DNA of 64,000 nucleotides, taken from a bacterium (GTDB taxonomy: Archaea > Thermoplasmatota > E2 > JACPAO01 > JAHFTW01). Of this stretch, positions 1-9,125 are shown one piece after another. Position 1 is the first letter of the stretch, and each line of letters begins with the position of its first letter. The position numbers and the translations under genes were made by a program. The stretch is from assembly GCA_040390065.1 (NCBI GenBank), contig JAZJZE010000011.1, forward strand, positions 1 to 64,000, read 5' to 3'. The notes beneath the pieces were generated by a model. The model ran no database searches. It saw nothing but the letters and a program-made list of their open reading frames with translations, and was not told where the DNA came from.

Positions 1-125
1 CGGCAACTCCTCCTAGCCCTCCTTGCAAACCGGCGCGCGCAGGCTTCCTGGAAGTCATGAAACAGCCTCTAGCGGGCGCCGCGGACGGCGCTTCGACAAC
101 GGATATCTAGAGGCGGCCCTCTGGA

Positions 126-1523
126 ATGGCCATGCGGACGCTTGTGGTTGTTCCCGCCTTGATGATCGCCGCCATGTCGCTTGGCGGATGCTCCAGTTCA
201 CCGGGGGCCGCAGAGGCGTTCCCGCCCTGCAGCAAGTCGTTCACCCTCGTCGTGCCCGCCGCGACGTCGGACACCATCGCGCTCTATGAGCTCAACAATG
301 GCAACTACTCGCGCGTCGTGGCCATCACGTTCGAGTCGCCTGAGCAGGACGCCATGAAGCTGCCCAACCCCGAGATCCGCGTCATGGAGGGCTGCACCGT
401 CCGTCTCGAGGTCAAGAACAACAACGCCCTCGAGCACACCTTCCACCTGCACGGCGGCCTCATCCCGTGGGAGGACGACGGCGTCGACTACCTGACACAG
501 ATGCCCATCATGCCGGGCCAATCGTACAATTATACGTTCACTGCGATGAAAGCGGGGACGTACTGGTACCACTGCCACGTCGACGGCGCGCACCACATCG
601 ACCTCGGCATGTATGGCGCCTTCATCGTGGAGGAGCGCCACCCGCCCGTCCACGCCGACCGCGAGTATGTCCTCATGCTGGACGAGATGGACAACTGCCA
701 CGTGCACGGCAACGTCGACCCCGTGAACCCGCAGACGTCGGAGCAGTCGGGCGCTTTCTTCGAGAAGAACTCCTGTGCCGAGCGTTTCCTGCAGGACTAT
801 CTTGCGCAGAACCGCATCGGCACCGCAGGGGCGGGCACCATTCCCCAACAAGTGAAAGACACGGCGTGTCCGCCGCTTGCCGACCAACCAGGCGACACCG
901 CCGAGGTCCAGCGCGCCAAGGCGCAGGCCCGGGCATCCCTCGGCTGCGAGGGGGAGCACGCGCACGGCACACCCCCGGCCCAACAGACGCCGCGCACGTG
1001 GTGGCCGGAGACGATGCCGGTCTACGTCCCCGTCTACAACACGTATCTCATCAACGGCAAGGCGTTCCCTGACACGCCCGTCCTCGCCGTGAAGCAGGGT
1101 GAGACCATCCGCATCCGCCTCATCAATGCGGGCAACGAGATGCATGCGTTCCACTTGCATGGCCACACGTTGCACGTCATGTATCGCGACGGCTACCCCC
1201 TCGGCACGGCAGCCTTCGACGCCGACACGTTGTCCATCGGTCCTGGCGAGCGCTACGACTTCTTCGTCGACGCCAACAATCCGGGATTGTGGATGATCCA
1301 CGACCAGAACGGCCTTGCCACGATGAACGACGACCAGCATCCTGGCGGCATGGTGACGTGCCTGGCCTACGACGGCTTCTCGCTGCACGGCTCGCCACCC
1401 GTCAACGCCTTCGCCATGCAGCGTGCGCTGGACTGCAACACGGCGGCGCTTGCCATCCTTGGCCACAAGCACCCAGGCATGGGCGCCCCCGCCGCGGTCA
1501 ATGATTTCACCCTCGGCGGGTAA
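126..1523 (+). CDS. Two-domain multicopper oxidase lipoprotein
   Basis: Lipobox-like LGGC; cupredoxin motifs HTFHLHG, YWYHCHVDGAHHIDLGM (T1 site), HAFHLHGH and WMIHDQ. Confidence 0.9.
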   Translation: MAMRTLVVVPALMIAAMSLGGCSSSPGAAEAFPPCSKSFTLVVPAATSDTIALYELNNGNYSRVVAITFESPEQDAMKLPNPEIRVMEGCTVRLEVKNNNALEHTFHLHGGLIPWEDDGVDYLTQMPIMPGQSYNYTFTAMKAGTYWYHCHVDGAHHIDLGMYGAFIVEERHPPVHADREYVLMLDEMDNCHVHGNVDPVNPQTSEQSGAFFEKNSCAERFLQDYLAQNRIGTAGAGTIPQQVKDTACPPLADQPGDTAEVQRAKAQARASLGCEGEHAHGTPPAQQTPRTWWPETMPVYVPVYNTYLINGKAFPDTPVLAVKQGETIRIRLINAGNEMHAFHLHGHTLHVMYRDGYPLGTAAFDADTLSIGPGERYDFFVDANNPGLWMIHDQNGLATMNDDQHPGGMVTCLAYDGFSLHGSPPVNAFAMQRALDCNTAALAILGHKHPGMGAPAAVNDFTLGG

Positions 1524-1589
1524 CCGCAGCCTCCTCGCTCGCGTGAAGCGACCACAGCCCTTTTGTGGAACGCCATCCCATGGCCCGCC

Positions 1590-1763
1590 ATGGCAGGCTT
1601 GGAGCTTGGGGACGTCGTCCTGATCGGCGCCGTCGCGACCGTGGGATTCACGCTTCTCTGCTACTGGTATTCCGGCGTGATGGCCAAGCGGAACTGGTCC
1701 TACCAAGTCAAGCCCAAACCCAAGAAGGCTGCGGCGGAACAGCCGGGCGCCGCTAAGCCGTAA
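1590..1763 (+). CDS. Small single-pass membrane protein
   Basis: Hydrophobic helix followed by a Lys/Pro tail; fills the gap between the MCO gene and tmk. Confidence 0.6.
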   Translation: MAGLELGDVVLIGAVATVGFTLLCYWYSGVMAKRNWSYQVKPKPKKAAAEQPGAAKP

Positions 1764-2364
1764 GAGCGCCGCGGACCGCGGCGAGGGCTGCCTTGGCGAG
1801 ACCGTCGGCCCGCTGGTCTGCGTCGAGGACCACGAAACGCGCCGGCTCCGCTTTGGCAAGCGCCAGGTAGTTCGCCCGCACCTGCCGCAGGAATGCCACC
1901 TTCTCGTACGGCGTGGTGGCACCACGGCTTGCCGTCCGGGCGACGGCCTTCTCCGGGTCGCTGTCGAAGAGGACGACGCGGTCCGGTTCAGGGCACCATC
2001 CGGCGTGCAGGCCGCGAAGGAAGGCTGCGGGGTCCGCCACAGCGCCGGCGAGTGTCACGGATTGGTAGGCGAGCGACGAGTGGATGAAGCGATCGCACAA
2101 CACGAGTTCGCCGGCGGCGCGGTGCTGCTCGATCTCGGCGACGTGGCGGGCGCGGTCGGCGGCGAAGAGGAAGGCGACGCTCAGCGGGGGCCAGTGCTCA
2201 GCGATGGCGCGGCGCACCCAGTCTCCCGTCGGCCCGGCGGTCTCCTCGCGCGTCGGCCAGACGGCGACGCCCTCGCTGCGCAACTCCTGCGCCACGCGTT
2301 TCAGCGTCGAGGACTTGCCGGAGCCGTCGATACCCTCGAGCGTGACAAACGGTGCGCGGGCCAT
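1753..2364 (-). CDS. tmk: Thymidylate kinase
   Basis: FVTLEGIDGSGKSS P-loop, LFAADR and VLCDRFIHSSLAYQ motifs; start trimmed to ATG 2364. Confidence 0.95.
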   Translation of the reverse strand: MARAPFVTLEGIDGSGKSSTLKRVAQELRSEGVAVWPTREETAGPTGDWVRRAIAEHWPPLSVAFLFAADRARHVAEIEQHRAAGELVLCDRFIHSSLAYQSVTLAGAVADPAAFLRGLHAGWCPEPDRVVLFDSDPEKAVARTASRGATTPYEKVAFLRQVRANYLALAKAEPARFVVLDADQRADGLAKAALAAVRGALTA

Positions 2365-2381
2365 CGCGTCGTGCAGCCTCG

Positions 2382-2654
2382 TCACTCCAGATGACTGTGC
2401 ACGCCGCAGTACTTCGAGCCGAAGCGCGGCGTGTTCTGGCATGGGTCGCCGAAGGGGTCGAGTGCGGGGCACGCGTTCGACTTGGCGGCAACCTTGGGCT
2501 TGGCGCCCTTCGCCTTCTTGCCTGCCTTCGCGGGCGCCTTGCGGGCCGGCGCCTTGCGTGGGGCAGCCTTGCGGGCCTTTGCGGCGGGCTTGCTGGAGGC
2601 TTTGGGCTTGGCCTTCGCGGCCTTGGACTTGGGGGAGCGGCGGGTCTTGGGCAT
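2382..2654 (-). CDS. Histone H1-like Lys/Ala/Pro-rich protein with C-terminal CCCH zinc-finger-like motif
   Basis: MPKTRRSPKSKAAKAKPK... followed by C-x9-C-x10-C-x2-H. Confidence 0.75.
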   Translation of the reverse strand: MPKTRRSPKSKAAKAKPKASSKPAAKARKAAPRKAPARKAPAKAGKKAKGAKPKVAAKSNACPALDPFGDPCQNTPRFGSKYCGVHSHLE

Positions 2655-2711
2655 GCTGACCGACGCGCCATGGGAAATCCGCCTTAAAAGCACGAACCTG
2701 CTGTCACAGGC

Positions 2712-3164
2712 GTGCCTGGACGCTGGTTCGAGGAGTTCGCGGTGGGCCAACGCTTCGACCACGCGCAGCGCGTCACCGTCACACAAGCGGACAACGCCGC
2801 GTTCTGCCGCCTGACCCGCAACACGCAGCCCTTGCACCTGGACGAGGCGTACGCGCGCACCACTCCGTTCGGCGGCATCATCGTGAACGGCCTGCTGACT
2901 TTCAGTCTCGCCGTCGGCGTCAGCGTCGAGGAGACCACGGCCGGCACGTTGGTCGCCAACCTCGGCTACGAGGACGTCAAGCACGCCAACCCGGTCATCC
3001 CCGGGGACACCCTGCGCTTCGTCACCGACGTCGTCGCCGTCCGGCCGTCGCAGAAGCCCGGTCGCGGCGTCGTCACACTCCGGCACACGGCCTTCAACCA
3101 GAAGGGCGAAGAGGTGTGCGGCTTCAACCGCATCGTCATGGTGCAGACGAGGCCGACGCCATGA
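2712..3164 (+). CDS. MaoC family dehydratase
   Basis: GRWFEEFAVGQ, NTQPLHLD and PVIPGDTL hot-dog-fold motifs. Confidence 0.92.
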   Translation: MPGRWFEEFAVGQRFDHAQRVTVTQADNAAFCRLTRNTQPLHLDEAYARTTPFGGIIVNGLLTFSLAVGVSVEETTAGTLVANLGYEDVKHANPVIPGDTLRFVTDVVAVRPSQKPGRGVVTLRHTAFNQKGEEVCGFNRIVMVQTRPTP

Positions 3165-4096
3165 CACGCCACGGCCGCCTCGGCCTCCCGGAGAAGGACT
3201 GGAGCGACGATGTCACCAAAGGCCCGCTTGGCGGCGTGCCGAGGCTGCGGTCGCTCCTGTACACGCCGGCGGACCGCGGCGACCGCATCAAGGCCGCGCT
3301 GGTCGAAGGGAAGGCCGACGTCGTCGTCGCCGACCTCGAGGACGCGGTCGCTCCCGGCCGCAAGGCGGAGGCGCGCAAGCAGCTCGTCGCCGCGTGGGCG
3401 GCGGTGCCGCGCGGGCGGACCCTACGAGCCGTCCGCATCAACCGTTGGCCGAGTCCGGAGGCTGAGGCCGACCTCGATGCCGTCTTGCCCGGCCGCCCCG
3501 ACCTCATCGCCGTTCCCAAGTGCGAAGTGCCGGCCGCCTTGCACACGCTGGACAGCCGACTCAAGGCCTTCGAGGCCAGCTCCGGCCTTCTGCTGGGCTC
3601 ACTCAAGGTCATGATCATCCTGGAGACGGCGGCCGGCGTGCTGGCTGCCCGCGAGCTGGCAGGGGCGGCCAAACGCATCGCCGCCGTGGCCTTCGGCGCC
3701 GAAGACCTCGCGGCCGATGCCGGCCTGCGGCGCAGCCCGGGCAACGCGGAGGTGGCCGTGCCTCGCGCCTTGGTGGCGCTGGCCGCAGCGGCCGCAGGCG
3801 TCGCGGCCATCGACATGATCACGGCGGATGCACGCGACTTGGAGCGCACGGCGCGCGAAACCGCCGAAGCGCGCGCTCTAGGCTATTCCGGCAAGATGTG
3901 CATCCATCCCCTGCAGGTCGTCGCGGTGCACGAGGCGCTGCGGCCCACAGCCTCGGAGATCGAATGGGCGCGGAAGGTGGTCGCCGCCGTCGGCGCCGCG
4001 GGCGTCACGGAGGGCGGCGTCGTCGTCGTGGATGGCAAGATGGTGGACGTGCCCTTCATCCGCCAGGCACGACGCATCCTTGCAGACGCGGCCTAG
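3161..4096 (+). CDS. HpcH/HpaI / CitE-like CoA-ester lyase
   Basis: RSLLYTP, DLEDAV, VRIN, LETAAG, FGAEDL, GKMCIHP and DGKMVD motifs; ATGA overlap with the MaoC gene. Confidence 0.92.
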   Translation: MTRHGRLGLPEKDWSDDVTKGPLGGVPRLRSLLYTPADRGDRIKAALVEGKADVVVADLEDAVAPGRKAEARKQLVAAWAAVPRGRTLRAVRINRWPSPEAEADLDAVLPGRPDLIAVPKCEVPAALHTLDSRLKAFEASSGLLLGSLKVMIILETAAGVLAARELAGAAKRIAAVAFGAEDLAADAGLRRSPGNAEVAVPRALVALAAAAAGVAAIDMITADARDLERTARETAEARALGYSGKMCIHPLQVVAVHEALRPTASEIEWARKVVAAVGAAGVTEGGVVVVDGKMVDVPFIRQARRILADAA

Positions 4097-4503
4097 ACCT
4101 GCTGCGGGGCTCGGGCCAACCAGAGCCGCGCCAGAAGCACGACCAGCACGGCCTCCACGAGTGTCGCCGCGGCGTCGACCGTCGTGACCGGTTCCACCTC
4201 GCCGGCTCCCGGGCCGAAGGCTGGGATGCCGATTGTTCGCGTGACGGCCCACAAGGCGAGGATGGCGAGGTTGCCCAGGATTCCCGCTAGGTAGACGGGT
4301 CGGCGGGCCCGCTCCCAGGGCCAGGCCGGGGACTCGATGCCGCGCGTCACGAGAAGGAGGCCGAGAAGGCCTTGGCAAACGCCGGCCACGAGGAAGAAGG
4401 CGCCGTAGCCCCACCATTCGGCAAAGTGCTGCGGCGCGACGCCGCCATGGATGCCCGCGGCGGCGATGGAGAGCCAACCCGCAGTGCGTTCGAGGCGGCG
4501 CAC
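4093..4503 (-). CDS. Four-helix membrane protein
   Basis: Four hydrophobic segments; HFAEWWGYGAFF motif. Confidence 0.75.
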   Translation of the reverse strand: MRRLERTAGWLSIAAAGIHGGVAPQHFAEWWGYGAFFLVAGVCQGLLGLLLVTRGIESPAWPWERARRPVYLAGILGNLAILALWAVTRTIGIPAFGPGAGEVEPVTTVDAAATLVEAVLVVLLARLWLARAPQQV

Positions 4504-4581
4504 GTTCCTGGCAGTCCGTCCCGGCCGTATACAAGGCTTGGCCGGGCATTGTTATAAGCAGCCCCCTCGAGATGAGGGTGT

Positions 4582-6342
4582 ATGGAAGAAGCGGCCGCCG
4601 CGGTCGTGCCCAGGGTTGCCTCGGGGGCGGGGTCGTGGTTCGAACGGCTGCGAGCTTGGCTGCCCCAGGGGCGCGGCCTGCCCCAGGCCGAATGGCACGT
4701 GCGCCACCGGGCCATCGTGTTCATCATCTTCGGCCACGCCATCGGCTTGGCCATCTTCGGCCTCACGCAGGGTTGGCCGGCCAGCTACGCCTTGGGCGAG
4801 ACTGCCGTCATCGCCGCGCTCGGCGGCATTGCCGCCATGCGTGCCCTGTCACGGTCGATGCGGGCCGGCGTCGCGGCCCTTGCTCTCGTCGTGAGTTCCG
4901 CCGTGCTGACGCAGTTCTGGCACGGCGTCATCGAGGGCCACTTCCACTTCTTCGTCATCGTCGCGCTCATCAGCCTGTACCAGGACTGGGTGCCTTTCCT
5001 GCTGGCGATTCTCTTCGTCGCCCTCGACCACGGCCTCGTCGGCACCCTCCTGCCGCAGTGGGTCTACAACCACCAGGACGCCCTCGACCACCCATGGAAG
5101 TGGGCGGCAATCCACGCAACACTCGTCTTGTCGGAGTGCGTGGCCCTGATCGTCGTCTGGCGCGCCAACGAGAAGTCCCGCGAAGAGACGGACCGCATCC
5201 TGCGCTCCGCTGGCGAAGGCATCGTCGGCATCGACGCCGAGTGCCGCATCACGTTCATGAACCCGGCCGCCCGCAAGATGATGGGCGATGGCACGGGCGA
5301 CCGGCACAGCGGAAAGCCCCTCTACGAGATCGTCCTCGGCGAGGACAACTGCCCGCTCTTCGACGGGCCGGGCATCCTGCGACGCACCGCAGGCCCGATC
5401 CAGGCCGAGGGGTACCTGTCCCGCAGCGACGGCACGAAGATGGCGGTCGAGCTTCTGTGCACCCCAATCGAAGGCCGCGCCCATGCCGAAGGGGCCGTCG
5501 TGGCATTCCGCGACATCACGGAGCGCAAGGCGGCACTCCTCGACCGCGCACTGGCCCAGCACCAGGAGCGCGAACTGCAACGCCTGCAGGAAGTCAACAC
5601 CTTCAAGACGCAATTCATGAACATGGCGGCGCACGAACTCAACACGCCGCTCACACCCATCAAGGTGCAGCTGCACATGCTGAAGACGTCGGCCGATTCG
5701 CCGCCCATGGATGCGCACCGCAACGCCATCCAGATGTTGGACCGCAACTTCCGGCGCCTGTCGGAACTGGTCGGCGAGATCCTCGACTCGTCGCGTCTGC
5801 AAGGCAACCGGCTCGCGGTGCGTCCCGAGACCATCGACCTCGCCCCCGCCGTGCGGCAAGTCGCGGAGTCCTTCGCCCCCCTGGCCCGCGAAGCGAAGGT
5901 GAAGCTCGAATGCGACCTCCCCGCGACGCTGCCGTGCGTGGCCGACCCGCTGCGGGTCTCGCAGGCGCTCTACAATCTCCTCTCCAATGCCGTGAAGTTC
6001 ACGCCCTCTGGTGGCCGGATCGGGGTGCGCGCCAGGGCGGATGGCGGCGACGTGGTCGTCACGGTGACGGACAGCGGCATCGGCCTCAGCGAGCAGCAGA
6101 TCGCCCGGCTGTTCCAGCCGTTCTCGCAGGTGCACGAGAGCCAACTGGCATCGAACCCTGGGTCCGGCCTCGGGCTGTACATCTCACGCGGCATTGCCCA
6201 ACTGCACGGCGGCGACCTCGGCGTCCAGAGCGCAGGGCCTGGCAAAGGCTCGTCCTTCACCATGCGTCTGCCGGCCCGCGGCAAGGGCGACGCCCAGATT
6301 GCCGACCCGTTTGCGCCGCGGCAATCCGCGGCCGGCGCGTAG
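4582..6342 (+). CDS. Membrane sensor histidine kinase (multi-TM + PAS + HisKA + HATPase)
   Basis: AAHELNTPLT H-box, NLLSNAVKFT N-box, DSGIG and GSGLGL G-boxes; PAS segment EGIVGID...NPAA. Confidence 0.95.
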   Translation: MEEAAAAVVPRVASGAGSWFERLRAWLPQGRGLPQAEWHVRHRAIVFIIFGHAIGLAIFGLTQGWPASYALGETAVIAALGGIAAMRALSRSMRAGVAALALVVSSAVLTQFWHGVIEGHFHFFVIVALISLYQDWVPFLLAILFVALDHGLVGTLLPQWVYNHQDALDHPWKWAAIHATLVLSECVALIVVWRANEKSREETDRILRSAGEGIVGIDAECRITFMNPAARKMMGDGTGDRHSGKPLYEIVLGEDNCPLFDGPGILRRTAGPIQAEGYLSRSDGTKMAVELLCTPIEGRAHAEGAVVAFRDITERKAALLDRALAQHQERELQRLQEVNTFKTQFMNMAAHELNTPLTPIKVQLHMLKTSADSPPMDAHRNAIQMLDRNFRRLSELVGEILDSSRLQGNRLAVRPETIDLAPAVRQVAESFAPLAREAKVKLECDLPATLPCVADPLRVSQALYNLLSNAVKFTPSGGRIGVRARADGGDVVVTVTDSGIGLSEQQIARLFQPFSQVHESQLASNPGSGLGLYISRGIAQLHGGDLGVQSAGPGKGSSFTMRLPARGKGDAQIADPFAPRQSAAGA

Positions 6343-6347
6343 CAGGG

Positions 6348-6527
6348 CTAGCGGCCGAGGACGCGTCGTCCTGCAGGGCGGTTGCGGATCAGGCCCGTGC
6401 CGCCCTTCGTCTTGCGGGCGCGGGCGCGGACGGCCTTCATGGCGCGCGCCTTCTTGAGGGCGGCCAGTTGGGCGGGAGTGGCTTTGCGCTTTCCTCGCTT
6501 TGCGGACTTTTTGCGTGCGGGGGCCAT
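6348..6527 (-). CDS. Small highly basic protein (putative nucleic-acid binding)
   Basis: 59 aa, MAPARKKSAKRGKRKATPAQLAALKKAR. Confidence 0.6.
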   Translation of the reverse strand: MAPARKKSAKRGKRKATPAQLAALKKARAMKAVRARARKTKGGTGLIRNRPAGRRVLGR

Positions 6528-6596
6528 GGGGCACCGCACCGTCATGGGGCGTTCTGGTTATAGTCGCAAGGGGTGGCGGCGGTCTTGCTCGGCTAG

Positions 6597-6826
6597 GCCC
6601 CGTTGGCCGACGGCCGCGCGACTGTAGCGGTGAAGACGTCCGCCTTCGACCTGCAAACAGGTCGTTCATTTGCGTCGTGATGCCACATAGCGGCGGGGGG
6701 CGCTGCCCCCCGCGCCTGTCCCCCCGCGAGGGGACTGCGTCCCCCTCGGCCCCCTGCCGGCTCGCCCTACGGGCTCGCCCCGTTGGCCGACGGCCGCGTG
6801 ACCGTGGCGGTAAAGACGTCCGCCTT
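6597..6826. repeat. 50-bp direct repeat (6597-6646 / 6777-6826) duplicating the 3' end of the BNR gene, with GC hairpins between
   Basis: 46/50 identical, offset 180 bp; hairpins GCGGGGGGCGCTGCCCCCCGC and GGGGACTGCGTCCCC lie between the copies. Confidence 0.85.
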
Positions 6827-8398
6827 GTGATTCCTCGTGTCGACCCACACAGGATGGGCCGCGCCCCACGACGACGCCGTCTGCCGGTAGTCGCCGAGGA
6901 AGATGGCGCCGTTCTGGTGGTGGCTGTACTGCTCGTCGCTCGACGAGTTCGAGACGCGTAGTGGTGACGAGAAGGTGCGGCCGCCGTCCAGGCTGAAGGC
7001 GTAGAACGTGTCGAAGAGGTGGTTGTTCGGGTCGACGCGGCGGTCCTGCCACGCCAGGTCCACGGTGCCGTCCGGTCCGGCGCTGACGTCCGGCATGAAC
7101 TGGTCGCCGCGCTGGCTCCCGTCGTCTGCGGCGATGTCGTGGATCCACGCCACAGGCGTCCAGGTGCGGCCACCGTCGTGGCTTGCCGTGAGCATCGTGC
7201 GGCCCGAGCCTGACTTGGCGTCCATCCACGTCACATAGATGGAGCCCCCGAAGGGGCCGGAGCTGCGGTCCACCGACAGGCTGGGGAAGCCGCTGACGCG
7301 GAACGCCGAGCCGTTCAAGGACGAGAAGCCGTTCATGAGGGCGTTGACGGGGTCGGTGTAGTTGCCGACCAGGGTGGGTTGCGACCAGCGCAATCCGTCC
7401 TGGCTGTGCAGGACGACGATGTGCCCGCCCGAGCCGACGGCGCCCATGTAGGCTGTGCCGTTGGCGGCGAAGTCGACCCATGGAACGTAGACGTCGCCGG
7501 CGACGGGGAGGCCCCCCGCCTGGTCGGGCTGCGTCCAGGAGGCGCCTTGGTTCGCGGAAGTGGCGCAGACGGTGCGGGCCGGGACGGGTTGGTCGGCGGG
7601 GACCGGCGGATCCGGGTAGGGTGGAGCGCCGACGCCTTGAGTCAAGGCGTTGTAGTCGTCGCGCACGGCGCCGGACGCCCAGGCGTCCTGGTCCCAGCAT
7701 AGAAGGACGAGGCCGCTGGAGTGGCCGGGCGTGGCCGGGCCGACGGCAATCCACATCTTGTCGTTCTGCAGGCGCGGCCCGAAGGCGACCTGGACCGGTG
7801 CGCCCCATGTGTCGCCGCCGTCGTGCGACGTGAGGACGTACATGGCGCTGCAGGTCCAGAACCAGTCGTTGAGGCCGCCCGGCGGGATGTTGCCGCGGCC
7901 CGTTGCGGAACCGGATGCCGGGTCGCACTGGTACGGCATGACCGCCCAGTACGCTGAACCATCGGGGCCGAAGGCGACGACCGGGTCCGTGGCGCAGTAG
8001 AAGCGCGACAGGCCCTGGGGGTCCACTTGCGGCTGTTGCCCCGCGGCGGCGTCGGCGCGCGCCTTCCACGGCGAGTACGGCAGGTTGGCGTTCTTCCAAG
8101 TCGCCCCGCCATCATGGCTCGAGTAGATGCCGTCCCAGACGCATTCGCCGGCAAACGGCTGCGTGTAGTCCTTCCCCGTCGCGATGATGTTGAGCGCGTT
8201 CTTCGGGTTCACGGCGACCGAGAGTTCGTTGGCTTGGCGCGAGACCGGGTCGACGGTGACCTGCTGGTTCACGTGACCGCCCACCGCGACGACTTGCGCG
8301 GCGGCGATGTCCGCCGGCGGCTGCGTCTCGGTGCAGCCGGCGAACAACGGGACGGCGGCAAGGAGGGCAAGAAGGGACGCCATGGCGGCAGGACGCAT
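6767..8398 (-). CDS. BNR/Asp-box (sialidase-like) beta-propeller lipoprotein
   Basis: Lipobox FAGC; repeated SHDGGATW, SHDGGDTW, SHDGGRTW, SLDGGRTF. Confidence 0.88.
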   Translation of the reverse strand: MRPAAMASLLALLAAVPLFAGCTETQPPADIAAAQVVAVGGHVNQQVTVDPVSRQANELSVAVNPKNALNIIATGKDYTQPFAGECVWDGIYSSHDGGATWKNANLPYSPWKARADAAAGQQPQVDPQGLSRFYCATDPVVAFGPDGSAYWAVMPYQCDPASGSATGRGNIPPGGLNDWFWTCSAMYVLTSHDGGDTWGAPVQVAFGPRLQNDKMWIAVGPATPGHSSGLVLLCWDQDAWASGAVRDDYNALTQGVGAPPYPDPPVPADQPVPARTVCATSANQGASWTQPDQAGGLPVAGDVYVPWVDFAANGTAYMGAVGSGGHIVVLHSQDGLRWSQPTLVGNYTDPVNALMNGFSSLNGSAFRVSGFPSLSVDRSSGPFGGSIYVTWMDAKSGSGRTMLTASHDGGRTWTPVAWIHDIAADDGSQRGDQFMPDVSAGPDGTVDLAWQDRRVDPNNHLFDTFYAFSLDGGRTFSSPLRVSNSSSDEQYSHHQNGAIFLGDYRQTASSWGAAHPVWVDTRNHKADVFTATVTRPSANGASP

Positions 8399-8526
8399 GC
8401 CCGGGACGGACCCGCGCCGGCCCTTGAGCGTTGTGTCGGGACGCCTTGGCAGTTGCCGGGGCACCACGACAGTGAAGCGACAGATGTTATGTAGCGGCCC
8501 GGAATGGCCGCCCCCAGGTGCACCTG

Positions 8527-9120
8527 ATGTCCCGCCTCCTGATTCTGTTGGCCACCGCTGTGGTCTTGTTTGCCCCGACCGCAACCGCCGGTCCCACAGA
8601 CCCGACGGTCGCCGTCGCCCTTGCCAACCCGCCCACCGAAGTGACGGCGCAGGGCAGCACGGGAGTCCCCCTCACCTTCAACATCGGCGTGCAAAACATC
8701 TACTGCCTGCCCGGCCCCGGCCACCTCACCATCACCCTTGTGGCCTCGGGCAGCGACGGCAATGCAACGGGCAACAGCACCGGCATTTCGGCATCCATCA
8801 GCCCGGGAAGCGTTGACATCCTACTGCCGACGGCCATGCAAGACTACACGACCACCTCGAGCGCGACGTTGACGCTCAGCGCCAAGGCCAGCGGCAAGGG
8901 GACCGTCACCGTGACGCCCACGATCGGCGCCTTGACCGGCTGCACTGGCGTGACGCCATCCGGCACGGGCACGCCTACGTCCATCCCTGTCGTCTTCAAC
9001 CTGTCCGGCAGCACGATGACCGCGACGGGCGCCGACGAGGCACCTGTGCCGGGCCTTGACCTGCCGCTCTTGGCAATCGCCGTCGTCGGCGCCGTGCTCT
9101 TGGCCCGCCGCAAGCAGTAA
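8527..9120 (+). CDS. Secreted Thr/Gly-rich protein with C-terminal PGF-CTERM-like sorting signal
   Basis: Signal peptide; C-terminal VPGL + TM helix + RRKQ. Confidence 0.8.
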   Translation: MSRLLILLATAVVLFAPTATAGPTDPTVAVALANPPTEVTAQGSTGVPLTFNIGVQNIYCLPGPGHLTITLVASGSDGNATGNSTGISASISPGSVDILLPTAMQDYTTTSSATLTLSAKASGKGTVTVTPTIGALTGCTGVTPSGTGTPTSIPVVFNLSGSTMTATGADEAPVPGLDLPLLAIAVVGAVLLARRKQ

Positions 9121-9125
9121 GCGAC

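Noticed and set aside
198-1925. Long antisense ORFs (this one and many similar ones across the window)
   Set aside because: Typical high-GC shadow frames opposite well-supported genes
6597-6826. DGR template/variable repeat pair
   Set aside because: Mismatches are not adenine-specific and are mostly synonymous; no reverse transcriptase in the window
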